Both the position numbers and the translations under genes were made by a program. Source: Candidatus Electrothrix sp. GW3-4 (GTDB lineage: Bacteria > Desulfobacterota > Desulfobulbia > Desulfobulbales > Desulfobulbaceae). From it: 32,000 bases of DNA. This document shows positions 6,487-14,443 of this stretch, piece after piece. The notes below the pieces were generated by a model, which was given only the letters and a program-made list of their open reading frames with translations, did not search any database and was not told where the DNA came from. Positions within the stretch are counted from its first letter, which is position 1. Each line of letters begins with the position of its first letter. The stretch spans positions 1,860,001 to 1,892,000 of the forward strand of contig NZ_CP147990.1 of NCBI RefSeq assembly GCF_037902255.1, written 5' to 3'.

Positions 6487-9033
6487 TTAAATCTCTTGCG
6501 ACTTCCATTTCACAATCCTTACCAGCTGACTCTGTTCCTCGCTCAAACCCAGCACCTTTTCCAGGATTTCACGGGGGCTGGTACCAGCGGCTCCGTGGGG
6601 ATGGAGCAGATCCAGCAAGAGCACCCTGCCCTGTTCTGCATCCAGCTCCAAACGCTGAACCAAGGGACGGAGATCAAGCTCACGTTTTTTCTGCTTACGA
6701 ATCCGCTCAATCACGAATGCATCTGCTGCCAGGAAAGCTTGGCTCGTGACAGTAAGCTGATCAACATCAACCGATTCCGGTAAGGTGCATTGATAGCTGA
6801 TGATCTGATCTACTGGTGCTTTTTTCCGAATCGCCACGATTTCCTGCACAGCGAGAAAATCCGGCAGGCTGATATTCAGGAGTTCTGCTGTCTTCTGAGG
6901 ATTCTTGATGGGCGTAGCCAGATCGATATCAAAATACTCGATATAGCTCTCAACCCCGACCGGCAAGGCCGGACTAAAGGAAACCTTGGGCGATGGGTTA
7001 AAGCCTTGGGAAAAAAGCATGGGCAGGCCGCTCCGCTGCAAGCCCCGAAAAACCAGTTGCAGGACCTCCAAGTGCCCCAGAAAACGTCCGTCGCCTAAGC
7101 GGGCATAATGAACCCGATAACGGAACACTGTTTGTTGTCCCTGCTCGGTCCGTTTCCAGGAGCCTTTTGGGGGCTCAACCTGCTGCTCCATAGCCGGAGA
7201 CGATTCTTCTTTTTTCTGAATCAGCGGCTTAATGGACTTGAAATCACAAAGCCCGCATTGCTGACAACCCTTGTTGCGGCAATCCGGGGTATAGACCTGA
7301 TCCAAGGCCTTCTGATATTCCTTTTCAAGAAAAGCACGGTCAACCCCACAATGGAGATGATCCCAAGGCAGCACCTCGTCCTGATTTCTGGGACGCAGAT
7401 ACGAGTCAAGATCCAGCCCGAGCTGCTCCGCAGCCTCCTGCCAACGCTCCAGAAGAAAATGATCTGACCAGCCGTCCAGCCGGGCCCCGGCTTGCCAAGC
7501 CGCTTCAATCAAAGAGGCCAGCCGACGATCACCCCTGGAAAAAAGCCCTTCCAAAAAGGATTGATAGGGCTCATGCCATTTTAGGCGGAAGCCTTTACGG
7601 GGCAGCTTCCGCTTCAGGAAATCAATCCGTTCCTTGGTCTCGGCAATGGAGAGCTGACCATGCCATTGAAACGGGGTATGGGGCTTAGGAACAAAGGTGG
7701 ATACCGAAACATTGATCTGGGTTCTGCCGCCCATGGCCTCTTTTTTTGCCCGCATAGCCAGGTCGATAATCGCCTCAAGATCCTCCTGAGTCTCGGTGGG
7801 CAGGCCGATCATAAAGTAAAATTTAATCACGTTCCAGCCAGCAGCAAAGGCGTCCCGACAACCAGCCAGCAGATCTTCCTCAGTAATGCCCTTATTAATC
7901 ACCTCGCGCAGGCGATCCGTGCCCGCTTCCGGCGCAACTGTGAAGCCGCTCTTGCGCACCCGCCTGATCTGCTCAATAACCTCCGGGGTCAGGGTGCCAA
8001 CCCGCATGGACGGCAGGGCCACCGAGACATGTTCCTCAGCAAATCGGTCCATCAAATCTTTGAGCAACTCAGGAAGGCTGGAATAATCACCGGTGGACAG
8101 GGAAAGAAGGGCCAGCTCATCAAACCCGGAGTTATGTATCCCCTCCTCTGCCAGCTGCATGATCTGCTCTCTGCTGCGCTCGCGCACCGGACGGTAAGTC
8201 ATCCCGGCCTGACAAAAGCGACAGCTCCGGGTACAACCACGGGCGATCTCCACCCCGAGGCGATCATGAATCGGTTTAACGATGGGCACCAAGGGACGGG
8301 TCAGCAGTTCCACCGGCGGCAGCTCTGAGACAATGCGGCGGCTGACAGCCGGGTAATCCTTCTTGAGCGGCTCGATAGCGGTCAGCTGGCCATCAGTATA
8401 CTGAGGCTTAAACAGCGAAGGTACATAGACGCCCTCAATATCAGCGCAGCGTTGCAGGGTTTCGGCACGAGAAAACCCTTGCTCACGGGAAGCACGCAGG
8501 GCCCAAATAAGCTCCAGCAGGGCCTCCTCACCATCTCCCAGCACGATCAGATCAAAGAAATCCGCCACCGGCTCCGGGTTCATGGCGCAGGCCCCGCCGC
8601 CGATGATCAAAGGGAAGTCCTCACCCCGATCCTCAGAGCGAAAAGGAATTCCGGCCAAGTCCAGCACGGTCAGTATATTGGTGTAGCAAAGCTCATAGGG
8701 CAAGGTGAAGCCAATCACGTCGAATTCAGCCAGCGGTCTCCGGGTCTCCAGGGAAAAGATGGGGAGCTTCTGCTGGCGCAGCTGCGCCTCCATATCCACA
8801 TCCGGGGCATAACAACGCTCTGCGGCCAGGCCGGGTTGACGATTGATGATATGATAAAGGATCTGCAGGCCCTGGTGGGACATACCGATCTCATAGAGAT
8901 CCGGGAAGACCAAGGCAAAGGAAAGATCAACCTGGCTGTAATCCGGGCGCACGGCATTCAGTTCGCCGCCTATATATCGCCCCGGCTTTTGCACCAGGGG
9001 CAGAATGCTATCAAGAGGTACTTTTGTTGTCAT
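6487..9033 (-). CDS. B12-binding-domain radical SAM protein fused to a DUF2344-type C-terminal domain (TIGR03960 plus TIGR03936 type, from memory)
   Basis: The cluster motif ARGCTRSCRFCQAG is CX3CX2C. The N-terminus LVQKPGRYIGGELN is typical of this family. The C-terminal ~230 aa (RYRVHYARLGDGRFLGHLEVLQLVFRGLQRSGLPMLFSQGFNPSPKVSF) is DUF2344-like. I prefer the start at ATG 9033 (MTTKVPLDSILP...); the track ORF extends to 9087. Confidence 0.85.
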   Translation of the reverse strand: MTTKVPLDSILPLVQKPGRYIGGELNAVRPDYSQVDLSFALVFPDLYEIGMSHQGLQILYHIINRQPGLAAERCYAPDVDMEAQLRQQKLPIFSLETRRPLAEFDVIGFTLPYELCYTNILTVLDLAGIPFRSEDRGEDFPLIIGGGACAMNPEPVADFFDLIVLGDGEEALLELIWALRASREQGFSRAETLQRCADIEGVYVPSLFKPQYTDGQLTAIEPLKKDYPAVSRRIVSELPPVELLTRPLVPIVKPIHDRLGVEIARGCTRSCRFCQAGMTYRPVRERSREQIMQLAEEGIHNSGFDELALLSLSTGDYSSLPELLKDLMDRFAEEHVSVALPSMRVGTLTPEVIEQIRRVRKSGFTVAPEAGTDRLREVINKGITEEDLLAGCRDAFAAGWNVIKFYFMIGLPTETQEDLEAIIDLAMRAKKEAMGGRTQINVSVSTFVPKPHTPFQWHGQLSIAETKERIDFLKRKLPRKGFRLKWHEPYQSFLEGLFSRGDRRLASLIEAAWQAGARLDGWSDHFLLERWQEAAEQLGLDLDSYLRPRNQDEVLPWDHLHCGVDRAFLEKEYQKALDQVYTPDCRNKGCQQCGLCDFKSIKPLIQKKEESSPAMEQQVEPPKGSWKRTEQGQQTVFRYRVHYARLGDGRFLGHLEVLQLVFRGLQRSGLPMLFSQGFNPSPKVSFSPALPVGVESYIEYFDIDLATPIKNPQKTAELLNISLPDFLAVQEIVAIRKKAPVDQIISYQCTLPESVDVDQLTVTSQAFLAADAFVIERIRKQKKRELDLRPLVQRLELDAEQGRVLLLDLLHPHGAAGTSPREILEKVLGLSEEQSQLVRIVKWKSQEI

Positions 9034-9337
9034 GAACTCTTTGGGTAAAATAACGGTCTCTGTGGTTTTGCAAGCGGGCTGGCGCAATCTTCATGCGGGC
9101 CGTTGCAGGAAAAAAATGTCGCCTCGCTTTTAAAAAGCCAAGGCTTGTGATTTAATAGCGGCCTCTTGCTTTCTTGTTGCGGGCTGTGGATGAAAGAAAG
9201 CAAGGGCTGGATGTTTTGTTGCGAGATCTGGCAAGAAAGAATCCACTGCTTGCAATAAAAAAGTATGTGCTCGCAAGTTGATTGCAGCATCTCGCATCTT
9301 TTCTGCGAGAGCTTGCAACGTTAATGGAAGTCGTCCT

Positions 9338-9372
9338 TTTTAAAAACTGAAGGGGCAATTTATGAATTGCCC
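9338..9372 (-). terminator. Rho-independent terminator after the KAP NTPase gene
   Basis: An 8-bp stem pairs 9353-9360 with 9365-9372 around a 4-nt loop and abuts the TAA stop. In minus sense it is followed by cuucaGUUUUUaaaa. Confidence 0.5.
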
Positions 9373-10770
9373 TTACTTGAATTGGGCAGCCAGCTCAAGT
9401 TGGCTAACAGCATAATCTAAAGGAGGAGTAAGATATGAAAGATTCTCCAAGGAGTTGATTATATAGCCAGCCCGCTCTTTCTCAGTTTTTGTACTCGAAG
9501 TGTCGTCTATTATCTTTTTGTAAGCTTGGGCTTCTTCTGGCAATCCATATACCATGCTGCACTTTGCCATGATTAATTGCCTTTCTATTGCAAGACCAAT
9601 CTCAGAATCAACCAGTTGTGCTCCTTCATTATTACTCTTCACGTACTCCATGACACCTTTAACATTTCCTCCTTCCAGTGCAAATCTTCTATAAACGTCC
9701 AAGGCGTTTGTCCTGAGAATAGTTAATATAGTCAGTAAATAGGGTGAAGGAATGTCTCCTTTTTCGGATGTTAATATTGCAACTAAAATTCTGGTGAAAC
9801 AGTGTTCCATCGCTCGCAGACTCAAACCAAAATGTTTTGCCAGTTCAGCGAATAATCTTTGAAAATCTCTTTGATTAAGCTGTGAATCATTTTGGCTGCG
9901 AGCAGAAAGCACTTTGCTCAATCCAAATTTATCAAACAAGCTTTTGGCAAATGCTTTCATATCCGGCTTAGGCAACAGAAACTCCAAATCAATAAACCGC
10001 CGCAGATATTCATCCGCATTAATTCCCTGCCCATACACCGCCCCAAGGCTGGTGCGCAACTGCTGCTTATCCAAGGAAACAACAAAGATAACATTCTCGA
10101 TATTGAACAGATGCTTGATCCGCTCCAGCAGTTCCACAGCATAGGTCGGTCGACAACGGTCTATCTCATCAACAAAGATAATGATCTGTGAAGGTTTTCC
10201 TTCCTGATTCAGCTGATCCACAACCTTACTGAGCGTTTTGTGGAACTCGTCAATCAGCTCTTTTTCCTTCAGGTATTCATCTACAGCATCTGAAACCGAA
10301 TCAGAAACTCCATCCGCGACCGTTTTCTCGACAACCTTGTCTAAATCCAAAGCCCCATAGGTCGCAACTTTCGCCGCAGCCGGAATTACTCTTCTGGCAA
10401 GCCTGCCTGCAATCTTCTTCGCCTTGTCAAAATTCTTGGCGAGCGCAGAATCCTTACTAATATCCTCAGAGAGTAACGTTGATATCTCCCCAAGAAAAGC
10501 AACCAGCGGGTCTGTGGAAAAATCCGTCTCCCAGGCATTGAAATAGAGACAAGGATGCTCCTTCTTCTCCAATACTGCTTGCAACATCCGCACAAAGGTC
10601 GTCTTGCCGGTGCCCCAAGGCGAATCAATGGCCAGGACAAAAGGGCCACTCAATTCCCCAATCAGAGAAGAAACCGCCTCTACCGAAGGTTCTCTGTTCA
10701 GGGCATCAAAATGAAACGGATCATCCGAGGGGACGTCCAGCTCTGCGAGTTTATAGGTTATATCATCCAT
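9373..10770 (-). CDS. KAP-family P-loop NTPase (no transmembrane insert)
   Basis: 465-aa ORF with an AAGGGAG RBS. Walker A is IDSPWGTGKTTFVRML and Walker B is IIIFVDEIDRCRP, as in KAP NTPases. I see no hydrophobic stretch of 18 or more residues. Confidence 0.8.
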   Translation of the reverse strand: MDDITYKLAELDVPSDDPFHFDALNREPSVEAVSSLIGELSGPFVLAIDSPWGTGKTTFVRMLQAVLEKKEHPCLYFNAWETDFSTDPLVAFLGEISTLLSEDISKDSALAKNFDKAKKIAGRLARRVIPAAAKVATYGALDLDKVVEKTVADGVSDSVSDAVDEYLKEKELIDEFHKTLSKVVDQLNQEGKPSQIIIFVDEIDRCRPTYAVELLERIKHLFNIENVIFVVSLDKQQLRTSLGAVYGQGINADEYLRRFIDLEFLLPKPDMKAFAKSLFDKFGLSKVLSARSQNDSQLNQRDFQRLFAELAKHFGLSLRAMEHCFTRILVAILTSEKGDIPSPYLLTILTILRTNALDVYRRFALEGGNVKGVMEYVKSNNEGAQLVDSEIGLAIERQLIMAKCSMVYGLPEEAQAYKKIIDDTSSTKTEKERAGYIINSLENLSYLTPPLDYAVSQLELAAQFK

Positions 10771-10798
10771 GATGCTCCCTTAATGGTATGCCCGTAAA

Positions 10799-11848
10799 TC
10801 AAGACTCAACCCGATTCCGCCCGTTATTTTTTGCTAAATATAATTTTTCATCAACCGCTTCATATGCTTTCTGAAAAGAAGCAAAACGCGATACATCCAC
10901 CACCCCAAAACTACATGTAAAGGAGGGTACCTCACTTGTTTCAGTGGTTTTTTTTGCAACACGTTTTCTGATGTTATGAGCAATCATTTCAGCCTGAGGC
11001 AGGTCCTTCTCAATCAACACCATAAATTCTTCCCCACCCCACCTGACAAAAACATCATCACTCCTTATAGCTTCCTGGACAATCCTGACCAACTCAACTA
11101 ATGCCTTATCGCCAACATCATGACCGTATTGATCATTGATCTTTTTAAAAAAATCTATATCAATCATAATCAACGATAAAAATCCTTTTCCAAGACGAGA
11201 ACGTTTCATTTTCTCATCAATTATAGATTCGAAATAATGCCGGTTATAAATCCCTGTCAGCTTATCTATATTCGCTTTATTTTCAAGTTCCTGATTTTCT
11301 TCTTTTAAAGAAGCAACTTCACTCAAATCAACATCAACGCAAAACATCTCTGGATCTGAACTTCTTTCTCCAAGCATTATATGGGAAGAAAAAACATGGG
11401 CGGTCCCCCCATCTTTTCTTTGAAGTAATAATTCACCAGCTGGTATAACCTTTCCTTTTTCATACCAATCCGTAATAAAGGAAACAACATCTTCACGCAT
11501 TTTCTCAGGGATAATTAACTCCTCAAGCTTTTCTCCTAAAGCCTCAGTAGAGGTGTATCCATACATTTCTTCACTGGCTTTATTCCAATAAATAACTTCT
11601 CTTTTCTTGTTATAGCCCTGAACAGCAACAGACGGAATGCTATCAATTAACTCAATAAATTTCCTTTCTTCCCCCATACTCAGCAGCACCTGGCTTTTTG
11701 AGTATTTAATAATATTTGAAATTTTCTTTATTTTTTCTTCCTGTTCATCGGTAAAAGCAGACTCATGTAATGATGACAATATATGATTACAGTATTCAAT
11801 ATGTTCTTCTAATTTTTGCTTTATTTCAAACAACTCATCTTTATTCAT
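10799..11848 (-). CDS. PAS-GGDEF diguanylate cyclase with N-terminal coiled-coil region
   Basis: 349-aa ORF. The PAS-like segment is VAVQGYNKKREVIYWNKASEEMYGYTSTEALGEKL. The GGDEF domain contains IDKLTGIYNRHYF and RWGGEEF. An RSDD (RxxD I-site) lies five residues upstream of GGEEF. Confidence 0.85.
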   Translation of the reverse strand: MNKDELFEIKQKLEEHIEYCNHILSSLHESAFTDEQEEKIKKISNIIKYSKSQVLLSMGEERKFIELIDSIPSVAVQGYNKKREVIYWNKASEEMYGYTSTEALGEKLEELIIPEKMREDVVSFITDWYEKGKVIPAGELLLQRKDGGTAHVFSSHIMLGERSSDPEMFCVDVDLSEVASLKEENQELENKANIDKLTGIYNRHYFESIIDEKMKRSRLGKGFLSLIMIDIDFFKKINDQYGHDVGDKALVELVRIVQEAIRSDDVFVRWGGEEFMVLIEKDLPQAEMIAHNIRKRVAKKTTETSEVPSFTCSFGVVDVSRFASFQKAYEAVDEKLYLAKNNGRNRVES

Positions 11849-12161
11849 ATAATCATTCCCCAGAGTATGAACGCTTCAATCTCATCCCAGGGCAAACGCA
11901 TGACTTATGCCATAGAATTAATAGAATATGTAAACTCGTTCCATGTTTTATTGAAAATATGCTTCTCTCTATAGTTTTTATGCAATAACGACGCTTGGAT
12001 GACACTTTTTCAAGGAACTATACAAGCATTTTAACTATTTGTTATAAAAAGATAATATCTCGTGCGTTCGCCCTGAATCTCATCCTTTTCCGCAGTCAAC
12101 ATTTGGCCCGTATGCAAGGCAATCATAAGAACAGAAAGCCTATAAAGCCTGTGGAAATCTG

Positions 12162-12190
12162 TTGACACCAAGATATTAAACGTTATATAA
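12162..12190 (+). promoter_or_regulatory. Sigma70-type promoter for the AMIN-domain gene
   Basis: The -35 is TTGACA (12162-12167), the spacer is 16-17 nt, and the -10 is TATATA/ATATAA (12184-12190). It lies ~70 nt upstream of the ATG at 12262, which has an AAGGAA RBS. Confidence 0.55.
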
Positions 12191-12261
12191 CTATAAATAT
12201 TTACTGCGTAATATCATGTCTACCCAATCTTCCCATCACCAGTAGCAATAACCAAGGAACA

Positions 12262-13272
12262 ATGCTTAAAAATATCTCAGCGGTGACCGTCGCTCTTATC
12301 CTTCTGCTTTTCCAAGGCTGGCAGGCAACTGCGGCCCAAAAGATGCTTGAAGACATCAACTTCGAGTCCTCCGGCAACGGAGAAGATCGAATCATTTTTA
12401 AACTGAACGGCACCTATATCCCGAAAATATTCACTCTGCAAGGGAAACAACCGCGAGTGGTCTTTGATTTTCAGGATACCACTGCAGCCAAGGTGATTAA
12501 TAACATAATTAACACCAATGGTGAGCTGATTAAACGCATTCGGGTTGGTATCCATAAAGGGGACACCCCAAAGACCCGGGTTGTTCTTGATCTCCGTCCA
12601 AACAAGAATATTAATATTCGCCAGGATTTTGATAATAAAGAAAAAGCCTTGGTTGTCTCCGTTCACTACGCTGGCTTAAAACAGTCTGCTGAGCCAAAAG
12701 AACCTGTAGAAAAAACCGCTGCTGCCTCCCCTGAGCAGCTGGAAGAAAAACAGGAGCCCGAGGTCGTTGAGGAACAGCCGGAGCCAGCTGTTCAAGCTGA
12801 AGAAAAAATCCCTCAACAAGAAAAGAAAAAGGCTGAGTCCCAAACAGCTGAGCAGCCCCCGAAGCAGGAGGCAAAAGAGGTTGAAGAAAATCCAGGGGTA
12901 CCCACCCTAACCTCCGTTACCTTTGAAAATAACTCCAACCGGGGCGAGATGGTGCTGTTCAAGCTCAATGAGTTTCATCCCCCCATCGTCTTTGGTATTG
13001 AGGAAGGAACGCCAAGAGTGGTCTGTGATTTCAAGGACACCGTAGCAGCAAAGGATATCCCGGATAGCATCAAAATAGCAGGTAAATATATCCAGAAGAT
13101 TCGGGTCGGCAAAGACAAGAAAGAAAACAAGGTACGGGTTGTCTTAGATCTGATCCCGAATTACAGCTACGACCTGCAACAGGTCTTCTTTAAGGAAGAA
13201 AATCTCTTTGTGATTATCATCAATACGCTGGGCAATGCCCCTACGGGTGATCCTTCTGAACTGTTAAATTAA
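12262..13272 (+). CDS. Secreted protein with two AMIN domains joined by an E/P/Q/K-rich linker
   Basis: The signal peptide is MLKNISAVTVALILLLFQGWQATAA. There are two internal repeats: PRVVFDFQDTTAAK...IKRIRVGIH...KTRVVLDL and PRVVCDFKDTVAAK...IQKIRVGKD...KVRVVLDL. These match the AMIN fold pattern seen at the N-termini of AmiC and PilQ. Confidence 0.75.
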   Translation: MLKNISAVTVALILLLFQGWQATAAQKMLEDINFESSGNGEDRIIFKLNGTYIPKIFTLQGKQPRVVFDFQDTTAAKVINNIINTNGELIKRIRVGIHKGDTPKTRVVLDLRPNKNINIRQDFDNKEKALVVSVHYAGLKQSAEPKEPVEKTAAASPEQLEEKQEPEVVEEQPEPAVQAEEKIPQQEKKKAESQTAEQPPKQEAKEVEENPGVPTLTSVTFENNSNRGEMVLFKLNEFHPPIVFGIEEGTPRVVCDFKDTVAAKDIPDSIKIAGKYIQKIRVGKDKKENKVRVVLDLIPNYSYDLQQVFFKEENLFVIIINTLGNAPTGDPSELLN

Positions 13273-13297
13273 CAAGGCAGCGCAGATAAAAGTATAT

Positions 13298-13334
13298 AAA
13301 AAGGGACGCGGAATTGACCGCGTCCCTTTTTTTT
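13298..13334. terminator. Bidirectional Rho-independent terminator (AMIN gene on plus, TPR/LolB-like operon on minus)
   Basis: A perfect 9-bp GC-rich stem gggacgcgg/ccgcgtccc (13303-13326) has a 6-nt loop. It is flanked by A5 upstream and T8 downstream. Confidence 0.8.
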
Positions 13335-13360
13335 GTATTACTGAACAGCGGAGAAATAAT

Positions 13361-13585
13361 CTATTTCTTTTTATCTCTTCCTTCGTCCCAGCATTTAAAC
13401 TCTGGATACTTTTTAGGAAAATCAATCTCAAAGTAATTCTTGTACTTCTGATCCCTCGTTCCCAACCATTCCTCTATGTCAACAATAAATGGATTTCGTT
13501 TTGGTTTGGGTTTTAAGAATGGAGCAATAACGAGTACCACAACAATAAGAGCTATCATTACGAGCAACCCGCTCCCGTCATCCAT
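13361..13585 (-). CDS. Small single-pass membrane protein, unknown function
   Basis: 74-aa ORF with a strong GGAGGAGGG RBS. It has one hydrophobic helix (LLVMIALIVVVLVIAPFL) followed by a K-rich soluble tail. It is the last gene of the TPR operon. Confidence 0.5.
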   Translation of the reverse strand: MDDGSGLLVMIALIVVVLVIAPFLKPKPKRNPFIVDIEEWLGTRDQKYKNYFEIDFPKKYPEFKCWDEGRDKKK

Positions 13586-13618
13586 TGTCCCTCCTCCTAA
13601 CTAATATCCACCTCCCCT

Positions 13619-14443
13619 TCAGGATTCATTAATAATCTTTCGAATCTCGAAATGGGGCGGAATTTTTACCTGAAAACGTCTACGCTCCATCGGTTTAAAG
13701 TTAAAGATTTCTGTAAAGACGAGAGAGAAATCGGCATCCAAGGCGTCACCGGAAATTTCAATCCGGCCTGGCCAACTACACCTCTTTGGCGTTTTTGAGT
13801 ATTCGCTGTACTGGGCTTCAAACTGAATATTACCCTCTTTATCAAGCACCATATGACGGACTAACTGGTTCTTCTCATTAAGCGCCAGCATATGGCGCAT
13901 CTCCTTATCTTTACTGCTCTGAGGATAGGCGACCTCGTACCAGTACAGTTTATCCTCAGCATCCATCCTGGTTGATACGGTCTGCATGCCGTTCCGGTTG
14001 ATCCGACCACTGAGCCAATAGAAAAGATTATTGGTGGGGATAAACTCTGGGAGAAATTTTTTCACTACATCCAGATCCATTGTACCGGTGTAACCGATAG
14101 CCTCGTTATTATCGGCTAAGGTGAATCTGTTCCCGTAGGCTCCCAAGAGGACCAGCGGCCTGCCCAGGGGATCAATCATGGCCAGACGCAAAGAAGAGGG
14201 GTACATTGCCTGCATGGTTGCGGAAAAGGTCTTGTTCTGACCATAGGCCTGCCAGCTGAGCTGCACATCACAATCCACTGCATTCACACAGGATTGGCCG
14301 AGAAAACGGGTAAGTTTGCTTTCTACCTGCCGCAATTCCTTACTGTTGCTGATTTCTACGGTCTTTGGCGGTGTTGCCGCACACCCCGCCAATATTAACA
14401 CCCCTGCGCAACACCACAAGAGTCCCTGGGCGCTTACTTTCAT
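13619..14443 (-). CDS. LolB-like / DUF4292-like outer-membrane lipoprotein
   Basis: The lipobox is VLILAGC. IDPLGRPLVLLG...FTLADNN...NLFYWLSGR follows the LolB/DUF4292 pattern. Its ATG overlaps the stop of the TPR gene (14440-14443). Confidence 0.6.
   Translation of the reverse strand: MKVSAQGLLWCCAGVLILAGCAATPPKTVEISNSKELRQVESKLTRFLGQSCVNAVDCDVQLSWQAYGQNKTFSATMQAMYPSSLRLAMIDPLGRPLVLLGAYGNRFTLADNNEAIGYTGTMDLDVVKKFLPEFIPTNNLFYWLSGRINRNGMQTVSTRMDAEDKLYWYEVAYPQSSKDKEMRHMLALNEKNQLVRHMVLDKEGNIQFEAQYSEYSKTPKRCSWPGRIEISGDALDADFSLVFTEIFNFKPMERRRFQVKIPPHFEIRKIINES

Noticed and set aside
6294-6749. ORFs 6294-6479 (minus) and 6348-6749 (plus) crossing the structured intergenic element
   Set aside because: They run through perfect hairpins and into the antisense of the radical-SAM gene. 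They have no RBS, and the region is better explained as RNA or DNA structure.
7660-9048. Plus-strand ORFs of 222 aa and 198 aa (and smaller ones) inside the radical-SAM gene
   Set aside because: They are antisense shadows of a GC-rich gene with a strong family signature. Their translations are R/G/Q-rich with no motifs.
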